From NCBI RefSeq assembly GCF_001194135.2, contig NC_069005.1:33703867-33767866 (forward strand): DNA of 64,000 bases, written 5' to 3'. A program made the position numbers and the translations under genes. Source of the DNA: Octopus bimaculoides (lineage: Eukaryota). Shown here piece by piece: positions 25,385-38,505 of this stretch. Position 1 is the first letter of the stretch. Every line of letters starts with the position of its first letter. The notes below the pieces were generated by a model, which ran no database searches, was not told the DNA's origin, and worked only from the letters and a program-made list of their open reading frames with translations.

Positions 25385-25545
25385 TTGTTATTTCTTTATT
25401 GCCAACAAGGGGCTAAAGACAGAGGGGACAAACAAGGACATCGACCCAAGTGCGTAACTGGTACTTAATTTATCGACCCCGAAAGGATGAAAGGCAAAGT
25501 CGACCTCGGCGGAATTTGAACTCAGAACGTAAAGACAGACGAAAT
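25385..25545 (-). mobile_element. SINE family A (well-conserved copy, truncated inside the head)
   Basis: ATCGACCCAAGTGCGTAACTGGTACTTAATTTATCGACCCCGAAAGGATGAAAGGCAAAGTCGACCTCGGCGGAATTTGAACTCAGAACGTAAAGACAGACGAAAT. Confidence 0.9.
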
Positions 25546-25685
25546 CGTCCGCTTTTACGTTTTGACGTCAAATTCCGGTGTGGTTGAATTTGCCTTCCAT
25601 CCTTTTGAAGCATTGGGGTCAATGTAATCGACTTACCAACTTCCTTGGAATTGCTGGCCTAGTGCCAAAATTTGAGGCTAATATA
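25546..25685 (+). mobile_element. SINE family A (diverged, internal deletion), head-to-head with the previous copy
   Basis: CGTCCGCTTTTACGTTTTGACGTCAAATTCC...TTTGCCTTCCATCCTTTT...CATTGGGGTCAATGTAATCGACTTAC. Confidence 0.85.
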
Positions 25686-25815
25686 TNNNNNNNNNNNNNN
25701 NNNNNNNTATATATATGTATATATATATATATATATATACCCACATATATATACCCCCATATATATACACATGCATATTTAATCTATATTGAGCATATAT
25801 ATCACTATACTTTAC

Positions 25816-25860
<45 letters not shown>

Positions 25861-26784
25861 TGTGTAGTGTAGTGAGAGGAACAGGGGTCCGTTCCATTCT
25901 TTCAGAGTCTGCTATTGGTGGTTCTTCCCTGACCAGAATCCGTGGCCTGGATACTTACAAAGCTGAAGATAATATTGTTGTTAAAATGGGCGACAGATGA
26001 ACCCCAACTCATCTAATGGTGATGGAAGACAGAATCGATAGATATGCTCATTTACGTAGTCAGTTCAAAAACCCAGCCGTGTGCGTTGTCTTTTCAGCTG
26101 CCTATGTCTACCTAGGCAGATAACATGCACTAACCGAGTCAGATACAGATGTTGATTTAATCGATTTTGCCACCTCCTTGAAACTGGTGTCTCTTTTGCA
26201 TCAAAGTGAAACCTTTTTACTCTATCTCTTCATACATTTTAGTACCTCCTTCCCAATCGATTGGGTACCAACTAACAAATATTTCTTTGTTGCGCAATGT
26301 CAACACGCCATCTCTATTGTCAACTTTTTTCACACTTCAGCAAATCAAAAGCGAAAATACAAGAAAAAAACCCCCCAGAAAAAAACCCAACAAAAACCAA
26401 TTAGGAAGTAAATAAAAAAAAAGTTTAAAATATCACATCCTGAGAGATAACACACCTGATGACGACGGGAGATAAAACTGGTTGAATCGTAGTTTAAAAT
26501 GTAAATATTAAAAAACAAAATGTTCAACTTTAAAGACGAGGTTAACTGTCTGAGAGTTAATTTATTATCTTATTAAGAACAAACCATTCCAGTCTCTGAG
26601 ACGTCTTAAATATTGTGTGTGCGCGCGCGTGTGTGATAATTAAACATTTTCTTTATTTATTTTTGAGCTCAGGATTTATTGGCTGTAGTTTCTCTTTCGC
26701 TTTTACGAGGTCGGTTCTGTTGTTTTCGTTGGTTTCTGAGAGATTAGGACACTTCGGTATCATTAGTTAGTGAGTTCGTTAGTT

Positions 26785-26841
<57 letters not shown>

Positions 26842-26919
26842 AACGCATGCAACAACAAACACTGCTGCAATCATCTCAACAACCACAGCCACCATCACTA
26901 TCCAATACTATTAAAACAC

Positions 26920-26989
<70 letters not shown>
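26785..26989. repeat. Two (ACT)n trinucleotide tracts
   Basis: TAC repeats at 26785-26841 and about 26921-26989. Confidence 0.97.
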
Positions 26990-27250
26990 GTTGTGCGAAA
27001 GCGATTACACCCAATTCTCCCTCAGATCACACAACAGCATTTTCAGAAAAAGATAAGATAATGTGACCGTTGGTGCACCTAACTAATGAGATGGTCACCG
27101 TTGGCATACCTCTCATAATAGATCTACTCGATGAAAAACAACGACAACAGTAAGAACAATAACATACACCCTGTGATTTGTATTAATTGGTTTACAGCGG
27201 TTATAAATATATTGTTTATTTACAGTGTAGTTACTTCTAATACGCAGTTA

Positions 27251-27410
27251 GCTGGTTTAATAACGACCCTGGTTCATATATGTTATCCTGCTGGTTTAAT
27301 AAATATCTTATTTAATACATATTATCAAGCTGCTTTAATAAGAACCTTGTTTAATATATCTTACCTGCTGGTTTAATAAACATCCTATTTAATCTGTGCC
27401 ATCCTGTTGG
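27251..27410. repeat. About 39-bp minisatellite x4
   Basis: GCTG(G/C)TTTAATA starts at 27251, 27290, 27329 and 27367. Confidence 0.85.
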
Positions 27411-28450
27411 CTTTGTGAAGTCGCCATCATCAATTTAGATAAATTTTATCGCTTCAAAAGTTCTCATTTAATTTCTCCTCTCGTACGTTCGTTCACGGCT
27501 TCATTCATTCGCCTCTGTTAACGCTAGAAATATTGCTGAACGGATATAAAGTCAGTGAGGAACAGAAAGACAAAAACACAGAATTAAAAAGGAACTATTT
27601 TTGGTCTCGGAAAATAAAGTTTCTGGCGGCATCAGCGGGGAGGGAGGGATGATGAACATTCACGTTTCATTAAAACACCATAAATATTAGTTAAACTAAT
27701 TAAACAAATAATTTTTTTTTGAGTCACATATTACGGCCGAAGCATGACTTGTACACAATGAAAACACGATTTATATAATACTATGTATTATAATCATGTT
27801 TTGCACCAAATTTTAAATAAAAAACAACGGAATCAAAAAGATAATTAAAAATGTCGATTATTTATTGAAGTTTCCCCGTGATATTTTAGTGACTTTTTCC
27901 CAGTAACTTTTATTACGCAACTATTTTTTTCCTGGATGCACCATGTTCCTTCCATCCCACCTCTATTACCGATTCCAGTGTTGTCCTTCTTTGACTTACG
28001 GTCCATTATAACGCCGTTGATGTTGCGGTGATCAGTCCTTTCCCTCGAAGACTGTGTTATGTCGGTGTTTCATTGCAGTGTAGTTCATCGTGAAGGTTGT
28101 TACTGTTTAATTTAGGCTCGACCCTCCTCTGAGAATATCTATGATAAATGCCGCTCTAACCGTGACCAAACCGTTATTTTGTTTATCAGGGACCCAAGGG
28201 ATCTCGGGGATTTCATTATCTTGTGCGCCCTTCTTTATTTAACGCGACAAGATTTAATTTCTGAGAGATTTACCTAATATTTCTAGTAAGCCGAGAGACC
28301 AGAGCGCGACTCGTTCACCTTTTCTTTTGTGTTAGAGTCATGTTGTGTTGTGCTACACTGATATGTTAACTTGTGATTGCGTTGAGAGACTCTATTATGT
28401 TCAGTCATCGATTATCACTGTTCATCTATTGTGATATATATTGTGTTGCA

Positions 28451-28635
28451 AGGCGGCGAGCTGGCAGAAACGTTAGCACGCCGGGCGAAATCCTTACCGG
28501 TATTTCGTCTGCTGTTACGTTCTGAGTTCAAATTCCACCGAGAACGACTTTGCATTTCATCTTTTATCGAAGTCGATAAAATAAGTACCAGTTATGCACT
28601 GGGGTCGATTTCATCCACTTCCCCACTCCTCCGCT
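28451..28635 (+). mobile_element. tRNA-derived SINE, family A (intact head)
   Basis: GGCGGCGAGCTGGCAGAA (A-box-like) and GAGTTCAAATTCC (B-box, 28524-28536), followed by the conserved body GACTTTGCATTTCATC...GTCGATAAAATAAGTACCAGTTATGCACTGGGGTCGAT. Confidence 0.9.
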
Positions 28636-29101
28636 ATTGCTGCTCTTGTACCAAACTTTAAAACCGATGTATTATAATATGTTGTATCACCTCCGTATTC
28701 TGTTCTTTTGCATTAATGTTCTGTTGTTTTGCAGTAATGCTCCGCTGCATCACAGGTATTATTATGTTATGGTGAATTATATAACCGTTGCTACTGTTTG
28801 TTATGTATGTCATATTATAAAGTAGATTGTCATCCTACACTATTAACTCTATATACACTTTCTAATTATATATTCTCCAGTTCTGTGAAGGTCGTTCAGT
28901 TGTTTTCTGAAAAAAATTACCATTTCTTTTTCGCTTCCTAATTTTATGTGCTTCATTTGTAGGCGAATATTCAGATAATCTTTTCACCAGAGAATAAAAC
29001 ATCAAGACAACTCGATTCTCTGATGTCTGAAGTGTTTAATTTGGCTTGAAAGAAGATCTTTAATAATCTGCAAATACCTAACGCTGCATCACTTTGTTTT
29101 G

Positions 29102-29135
<34 letters not shown>

Positions 29136-29517
29136 TGTGTATGTGGGAGTGAAAGAGTGTTGCGTGTGTGTAATAATGTATGTGTTTGTGTGTGTGTCAA
29201 CCAGTTTATTTCTTTATTTATTGTTCAGCTGACTTAAAGTCGGCCCAGTACATTTTTAATAATTTACCGCATTCCTTCTCTGTTTTTCGTATAGAATTTA
29301 TCGCCAAACTTGATGTTTTCGTATTTTTTTCCTGCTACCATAGATGTTGGATAACATCATCTGTTACCAAATCTGGACCAGCTATCTCTATACTAATTGA
29401 ATAATTATGTCTGCTCCCCCCTTTAGAAGAAACGTCCAGAACTTTCCAGAGATTTGATTGATGGGTCACTGTTTTTCCCCTTGCGGAAAAAATTATCGAA
29501 GCGTGTGTCTGTATATA

Positions 29518-29880
<363 letters not shown>

Positions 29881-30419
29881 GGAACCACTGATCGAATATC
29901 GAATAAACAGACAATGAATCGTAATAAAAGCCTGCTTCAGGCGACTAATATCAACATCAATCGGGATATTCCGGAGATTAATTTTGATTAAATAAAACTT
30001 GTGTGAAAGTGCCACCCGCTCTTATTGTTGCCATCGTTGTTGTTGTTGTTGTTGTTGTTTTTGCTGTTGTTGTTGTTGTTGTTGCTGTTGTTGTTCTTGC
30101 AGTGGTACCACCTGTTGTTGTTGCTGCTGTTGCGGCTGTTGTTTGTTCAGGTTCTTTGTCATTGGTTTTGTTTCTCTGTAGCACGAGGTTAAAATGTAAC
30201 ACACCGCCTCCTCCTCCTATTCTCCCCCGCCTCTACTCCTCCTTCCCCTCTTCATCCTGCTCCTCCTTTTCCTCGCCTTCGCCTGGAATTATTTTCTCTG
30301 GACCTTCTGTGGAGCGAAAACTAGTTTCGCTTCATTTTTATTACACTCAGTTAGTCTGTACCCCCACAATCTCCCACTCCCACATCAACCTACCTCACCA
30401 GTATAACTATTTGTGTTGC

Positions 30420-30481
<62 letters not shown>

Positions 30482-30510
30482 TGTGTGTGTATGTGTGTGT
30501 GTGTGTATGT

Positions 30511-30808
30511 GAAGGTGCATGGCTTAGTGGTTAGGGTGCTGCACTCACGATTGCGAGATAGTGGGTTCGATTCCCAGACCGGGCGTTGCGCTGTGCTCTT
30601 GAGCAAAGCACTTCATTTCACATTGCTCAGTGATCATTTCGTCATCTGACATGTGAAATCCGTTGCCCCTGTACAGGGAATGTCGATGTGATGGAGGAAG
30701 TGAGCTTATATCTACACAAACATTTGATCACTCTAAACAAATCATCCGTGTGGTTGTTCCGTAAGAAATTGCCGAACCCTCAAACGTCGTCTAACAACGG
30801 CAGAGTCC
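30511..30808 (+). mobile_element. tRNA-derived SINE, family C-related
   Basis: A-box TGGCTTAGTGG (30520-30530) and B-box GGTTCGATTCC (30564-30574), then TGTGCTCTTGAGCAAAGCACTTCATTTCAC. The head matches 3300-3625. Confidence 0.8.
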
Positions 30809-30813
30809 ATGAT

Positions 30814-30844
<31 letters not shown>

Positions 30845-31940
30845 AGTGTGTGTATGTGTGTATGTGTATATATGTATATATACTCAACCTTGTTATTTAT
30901 TTACATTTTGTTCAACAAGACAAGTAACATAAAAAACAAGCCTTCATCATTTATATATATATATATATATATNNNNNNNNNNNNNNNNNNNNNNNNNNNN
31001 NNNNNNNNNNNNNNNNNNNNNNNNNNNNNNNNNNNNNNNNNNNNNNNNNNNNNNNNNNNNNNNNNNNNNNNNNNNNNNNNNNNNNNNNNNNNNNNNNNNN
31101 NNNNNNNNNNNNNNNNNNNNNNNNNNNNNNNNNNNNNNNNNNNNNNNNNNNNNNNNNNNNNNNNNNNNNNNNNNNNNNNNNNNNNNNNNNNNNNNNNNNN
31201 NNNNNNNNNNNNNNNNNNNNNNNNNNNNNNNNNNNNNNNNNNNNNNNNNNNNNNNNNNNNNNNNNNNNNNNNNNNNNNNNNNNNNNNNNNNNNNNNNNNN
31301 NNNNNNNNNNNNNNNNNNNNNNNNNNNNNNNNNNNNNNNNNNNNNNNNNNNNNNNNNTATATATATAAGTTTTATATATATATATTAGTTTTATATATAT
31401 ATATATGTCTGTATATATGTCTGTATGTATGTTTGTTATGTCCCCATCTACTTTGCATTATCTGCACAGATTCTCCTCCCAATCCACCCCACTCCCCCAA
31501 TCCGCTAATTAGTGTGTCTGTTGTAATTACTCCGTATTTAACTGATTGTAATCTCATTTGCATAATAGCTTTACATTTATGCTTCTTCTAATTTCCCTCA
31601 GTGTCATATATGTATTATTTATATATACACATCGCATTAAGTAGGAAAACATACATGTCTACATACATATATACATTAATATATATTGTAAACACACACA
31701 TGTTTACAATATTTATATACTCTTGTCTTTACATACATGCAGACAAAAATACATACAGGTACACAAACGAAAAATGTATTTGTACACACACGTACATATA
31801 TATACACGCACATTCCAACTTTATGAATATTTTTTAATTTCACTACTGTCACATTGTTTTATTTCATTTCACTATATAAACACATATATTCATAAACAAA
31901 TGTGCAACTGTGTGTATATATGTTTATACGTCTGTATCTG

Positions 31941-32008
<68 letters not shown>

Positions 32009-32054
32009 GCCCGCTTTACGCATTCATACGTACACACACGCACAAACACACACA

Positions 32055-32102
<48 letters not shown>

Positions 32103-32458
32103 TATATATATATATATATATATGTATGTAGTATGGATGGATGTGTGTACGTACGCACACTACAGAAGTGTGTGCGTGTTGAATCAGGCTTCGTGATTAT
32201 ACTTGAGGAAACAGACTGAATATATTATGTCTTTGTGTCTAAGTAGTTCAGAGGAGCAGATGCAGTTGTAGTAGAGGTAGAACAAGCAGCGTGAGGATAC
32301 GATAAACGTGTGAACCAAAGTTTGTCGTGCATTTGCGTGTACAGGTCTATGTTGAGAGGAAGTAGCACCTTTGTGGGTTACCTCGCCTTTGGATGTGAAC
32401 GGGTACACTGGTCTTTGTCTCCTCTACATTATTCTCAGTTGTGGTTCCCAGATATCGG

Positions 32459-32489
<31 letters not shown>

Positions 32490-34196
32490 CACGCAGATAT
32501 ATATATATATACATATATATATTGGACATACACACATACATATATAAATTTTTACATTATAATAATGATAATAAAACAAAGAACAAGAAGAATAAGAATA
32601 TTCATCGAATTAATAATTTACGTGTGTTTATATGTATGTATCTGTCGTGTCTATATGTATATATGTATGTATAGTAAAAGAGACATGAAATGATGGGTGT
32701 ATATACTGAAATTGAAAAGCTTGACAAATCAGATTAGATAAATGATTGACAGTTTCAGATTAGGTAACAAGAATTTTCTTGTCTGACAAGATGGCTGGCC
32801 TGGCTGCAGACGACGTCTGCACACGCTGCCCCCGATATACACAGAGATACGATAGCGCCCTCTACAGTCTCTGTTCTGATTTATCTAATGTATTCCGCTC
32901 CTCTCACTCTGTTTCTCTCTCCAAACACGCACACACATACATGCATATATGTATATGTATGTTATATGTATGTAGGTATGTGTGTGTGTGTCTGTGTAGA
33001 TACATATGTGTATGCATACATATATGTATTTATGAAGTTATTGGCAGTAACTTCGAAGTGTCTTGCGTTGTTCGACTCGTTAGAGTACCCAATGGATATA
33101 TGCATGCATCCACCCAAATATTCATTCATCCGTACACTCGCGCACACACACGCACGCACGCACGCACGCACGCACGCANNNNNNNNNNNNNNNNNNNNNN
33201 NNNNNNNNNNNNNNNNNNNNNNNNNNNNNNNNNNNNNNNNNNNNNNNNNNNNNNNNNNNNNNNNNNNNNNNNNNNNNNNNNNNNNNNNNNNNNNNNNNNN
33301 NNNNNNNNNNNNNNNNNNNNNNNNNNNNNNNNNNNNNNNNNNNNNNNNNNNNNNNNNNNNNNNNNNNNNNNNNNNNNNNNNNNNNNNNNNNNNNNNNNNN
33401 NNNNNNNNNNNNNNNNNNNNNNNNNNNNNNNNNNNNNNNNNNNNNNNNNNNNNNNNNNNNNNNNNNNNNNNNNNNNNNNNNNNNNNNNNNNNNNNNNNNN
33501 NNNNNNNNNNNNNNNNNNNNNNNNNNNNNNNNNNNNNNNNNNNNNNNNNNNNNNNNNNNNNNNNNNNNNNNNNNNNNNNNNNNNNNNNNNNNNNNNNCAT
33601 ATATATGCATGTATATATACACTCACAATCTATAATATATACATATTCATGTACATTGTTAGAAGTGAATATGTTAAGATCGATAAATTCTAGATATCAT
33701 AAAAGACGTAATTCTTTATCTAAAATTATGGATAAGTCTGTAAACGAAACATTAGATATTGACTTCCATATAAACAGTCTGACCGAGAAATCATGTACTG
33801 TGCTCGTGGCTTCACCGAACCTGATGAGACCTAACAAGTTCCAAAACCGCTATCGTTTGCTTCACAGATCTGATTCATTTCTGCCTAAGGCATAGAACTT
33901 CAAACTTAGTTCGTGAAAGGCCAGAAATATAATCTGTTTCTGATGTTAATTAATGCTTACGCATGGTCTCTACTGCCTCACGTATTTTCTTTGGTACACA
34001 CTAATAGCTAAAAATAAGCCATCAATTGATTGCTTCGGCATATTTTACATATCGGTTAATGTTGCACAACGTTTCCAAAAAGACCAGTGATTGCTACTTC
34101 CCACCTATGTAGCCGGACTTTTAATACATACACGTACTCACACACGCACGCACACATACACTCATGCACACACACACACATACACATACAATTATG

Positions 34197-34251
<55 letters not shown>

Positions 34252-34286
34252 GTGTGTCTGTCTGTCTATGTGTCTGTCTGTCTATG

Positions 34287-34321
<35 letters not shown>

Positions 34322-34496
34322 GTAAAGCCAATATGTTTTCAAAAGACAGCAAATAAAGAACAAAGCTTGACAAATATGGTATTAGAACACACACACACGC
34401 GCGCGCGCGCATGTATTTATGTGTGTGTGCATGTATTTTTATATATATTTATGTTAAATCATTTGTTTACATGTATCTATGTGTATATATATATAC

Positions 34497-34533
<37 letters not shown>

Positions 34534-34776
34534 TGTGTGTGCGTGTGTGTGCGTGTGTATATACATACACGTTCATATGCACATACATATGTACATATAT
34601 AGCTATATTCCTCTCTCCCTGTGTCTGTCTGTCTCTCTTTCTCTCTCTCTTTCTCTCTTTCTCTCTTTCTCTGTACACACACATAGATTTGTCCGTACGT
34701 ACAGCTTCCGGAATCAGTTCAGCATCTCACACACATCCCGTCTCATGCACCAATGTAAACACATCTAAACAGATTA

Positions 34777-34810
<34 letters not shown>

Positions 34811-35211
34811 GTGAGTATATATAAGTGTGAACACCGGAATATGTGACTGTTATGTATGCAAACGTGATTGTGTGCACATGTGCAACTGTTGGTGTGCGTG
34901 TGCGTGTGTGTGTGTATGAGCAAACAGGCAATGCTACATGCCTGCTTGCTAGGACAAGGCGTATATATTTTTGATTATTTTTCACGCGCAGCCCAGTCCA
35001 GAAATAACAGTTATGGCGGCCGCACGTATTTATCGCCCTCTGGAGTATCATCTCTCTCAATGAAATTAGATCGTCTCTATAAAAATAGCCAATACACCGG
35101 AGACATATACGGGCAGGTCTCTGACCTTCACAACACTGACGTGGCTGGAGTGGTGTTGGGGGCCTGTCTTTGTGTATGCTCGTACACGTGTACGTATACA
35201 TATATATGTGC

Positions 35212-35251
<40 letters not shown>

Positions 35252-35342
35252 TTATCTATCTATCTATCTGTCTGTCTGTCTGTCTGTCTGCCTGTCTGTC
35301 TATTTTATCTCTCTCTATCTCTCTATCTATCTATTTTATCGG

Positions 35343-35373
<31 letters not shown>

Positions 35374-35609
35374 TTATCTATCTATCTGTATGTGTGTGTG
35401 TAAATGAGTATGTCTGTGTATGTAGCTGTGTGCCAGTTGTGTGTGACTGTTTATGTGCATAAGTGTAGATGTGTGCCTGAGCATGCGCACTTGTATTATG
35501 AATGACAAAGGGGGTGAAAGTGGTTTCTCTTCGTATGTATATTTACTTGTAACTATGTGTGTGTATATATGTGCATATATATGTACCTATACATATATAT
35601 ATATATACA

Positions 35610-35652
<43 letters not shown>

Positions 35653-37374
35653 ATATATGTATGTATCTGTAAGTATTTATGTGAATGTCTTTATGCACGC
35701 ACGCGTAGTTGGGTGTATTGTACGCGTGACTATATGATATATATATATATATATATAGTAGCGAAGGGGCCAAATATGTGCGTATGTGTGTGCGTGTGTG
35801 AGAAGATTAGAGATAACGGAATATGATAGTGAGAGGCGTTAGACAAATTGATTGTAATATAGATTGTTAGGTAGACACATTAAGAGAGAACTAAGGCGAT
35901 AAATATAGACAGACAGAAAACGCTAGGGAGCACAATAATAATGATAGATAGGAAGACATGTTCATACAAACACATACATACATACATACATATATATATA
36001 AATGCATCCTTAGTTCATGTAGAGCGACGCTGGCAGATTTATCTATAGGCAAAGCGGGTGAAAGGTAAATTTTGCAAAAGTTGGTGTTATGCAAGATGTT
36101 GGCCTTGTGATCCTTAAGAGTAACGTATGGTAAGAACAGACTATTTTTAGTTGAAAACAAATTCTTTTCGACGTGCTTTTGGCGTATTATGCGATGGGTT
36201 TGTGCTTTTATGTTTAGCTGATGTGTGTTCTGGTATTAGTGTGAGTAATGTTCAGATCACAGCGACATATTTTAACAGATCAGACCCAGTGTCCAATGTT
36301 TGCCACCGGTGGACGTTCTTGGAAAATTTCCAAATACTCCACACGTCAGAATTCATAAGAATCGGTTTTATTTAGATCCTGTCCAATCCAGTCTCACAAT
36401 GTTATATTTCTTGAATATGGTTATCTGCGTCACGTTGCTATGCAACCTGTAAAATATCTGATCACATGATCAGTCTTAACCAAAGAGAAATTACCTTACC
36501 TTCTGCCACCTTTCTACTCTACCTATAATATTGTCAAGGAGGATCACACCCGTACACCTTGCGGTCGTATTCTTGGTAAACTCTGTGGAACAGAGGATCG
36601 AATATCTGATTGTTTTGCAACAAACATTAACTAAATTTCATGTGTTGAGTCTAATATTCTCTCGTTCCTATATATATATATATATNNNNNNNNNNNNNNN
36701 NNNNNNNNNNNNNNNNNNNNNNNNNNNNNNNNNNNNNNNNNNNNNNNNNNNNNNNNNNNNNNNNNNNNNNNNNNNNNNNNNNNNNNNNNNNNNNNNNNNN
36801 NNNNNNNNNNNNNNNNNNNNNNNNNNNNNNNNNNNNNNNNNTCCTTTAAATCAGCTGGCGTGTGATCGGAAAAACTGCTTGTAAACACGGCTTTCTCCGG
36901 GTAGAGCCCGGAGCGTATACCTTCCATCAATTGTACAAGTAACACATTCGCGCTTTTATGATCTTGCTATTCAGAGAAGACAATGTGGCACTGATATACC
37001 GATGTAGAGTGTTTAGCCTGAATTTAATTCTGCGTCCGGAGTTGTTGCACATCAGCAGATAGATTAAACGCTATCTGCACATATACCTCGGACCAGTAAT
37101 TCGAATTCGTTTCGGGGTGACTTGGGTATTCGGTAAGGATCAGCTGAAATAACTACGAAATATCGATATCCACAGTCTTCAGTGTTTTATAACATTCAAC
37201 GTCTTAAAGGGACGTTAACCTGGACGAATTCCGCAGCTGATAAACGCATAAACAGAATCCTGCATTACGGACTATAAACTGTAGACCGACTATAAACTAA
37301 TTTCTAGTCGTGACCGTCACATTTTCTCTATTTATGTAACATTAAAAAGTTTAATGTGTCCTTACCATACCGGA

Positions 37375-37555
37375 AAACATGCTTGGCATCCTTAGTTTCG
37401 GCTCTTTTCTTTCTATGTTCAAATCAGACCGAAGCCAACTTGGAACTTTTAGAATTTCCGAGTCATTAAAATAAATATCAGCCAAGTACTAAGGTCGATG
37501 TAATCCACTTACCCATCCCCTCAAAATTACTGGACTTGTGCCACAATTAGAAATA
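37375..37555 (+). mobile_element. SINE family A (old, diverged)
   Basis: ATGTTCAAATCAGACCGAAGCCAACTT...AAAATAAATATCAG...TAAGGTCGATGTAATCCACTTACC...CTTGTGCCACAATTAGAAA. Confidence 0.7.
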
Positions 37556-38369
37556 CTAGACTATTGTTAATAAACTAGAGTCTTTTTTGATGAATTTCCA
37601 CTACTTTTTCTACTATGTTGAGCAATCATATAGAGGCTCTCCCATGAGAAGGATAAATGAATTGAAATTTAAATCAATGCAGAATTTAATTTATTTTTGA
37701 CGCGTTTTCCTATCACCTGAACTTCAATACTTGTCTGGGTCAGCTTGTCTTTTTCATCTCTCAGGGGTTCATAATATTACCGGTGTTATGACATAAGAAT
37801 TGATTTAATGTGAAATTAACTTTATCCCCATTCTCTCCAGCAGATACAGCATTGTGATTAAAGCTAAGGGCAGTCAAACAAATTTATGGTAAAACGATCC
37901 CAGTTTTGTCGAAATATAACGACTAGAAATATTTAGCAGTTTAACCCTCTAAAATACATTTCTTCATAATTTTGGCACAAGGTCAGCTTTCGGGTGAAGA
38001 AGGGTAAGTCCATTACAACGAAACTAGGGTTTCTGGCGTTTATGACGGCTTTCTCATGCTGGAATAGAATGGGAAAATGGAAAGAAAATATGAAATAAAT
38101 TAGAAATTATAATCACCTTTCGTAATGATCAATTCTTGCAGCTCAAATAGTTTTCTTGTAAAAATCACACGGTATGATGTTTCGTGTCCTTATTGTTTCT
38201 TGTTGGTAATGTTGACCGGTTTGGGAAGGGAAAGAGGGAGAGAGGGAGAGAGAGAGAGAATAGTGACTAAATCCACAATCCATCTTAGACATTATTAAAT
38301 TTCATTGGCAGTGCCTGATATGTTGTTGATTTTATCTGAAGAAATATTGATCTTTTGGTAAAACAATCG

Positions 38370-38505
38370 ACTGGGGCGGGTGTGGCTAGAGTTGAATAAT
38401 TACACCTCAGTGGTTGACAGGTGATCGATCTGGGAAAATTAAAAGCTAGAGTTGACCGGGTCAGAATTTGGACTCTGAATGCAAAAGGCTTTGACAAAAC
38501 ACCAC
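38370..38505 (-). mobile_element. SINE family A (old, diverged)
   Basis: AAAGCTAGAGTTGACCGGGTCAGAATTTGGACTCTGAATGCAAA is the reverse complement of the family A core. Confidence 0.6.

Noticed and set aside
25959-26012. Minus-strand exon MSWGSSVAHFNNNIIFSF ending in GTAAGT
   Set aside because: The acceptor is mediocre, the junction bases before the donor are poor (TTT), and there is no recognisable homology.
30511-30590. tRNA gene
   Set aside because: A and B boxes are present, but there is no proper cloverleaf and it continues into a SINE body, so it is a tRNA-derived SINE head.
32150-32460. FRYLG peptide on minus as an RT domain-7 remnant, or an exon ending GAG|GTAACC
   Set aside because: There are no further RT motifs in register and no credible acceptor.
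36895-37215. Small hairpins CTCCGGG/CCCGGAG, GCAGATAG/CTATCTGC and AACGTC/GACGTT
   Set aside because: Stems of 6-8 bp are expected by chance at this scale, and they show no shared motif or RNA family signature.
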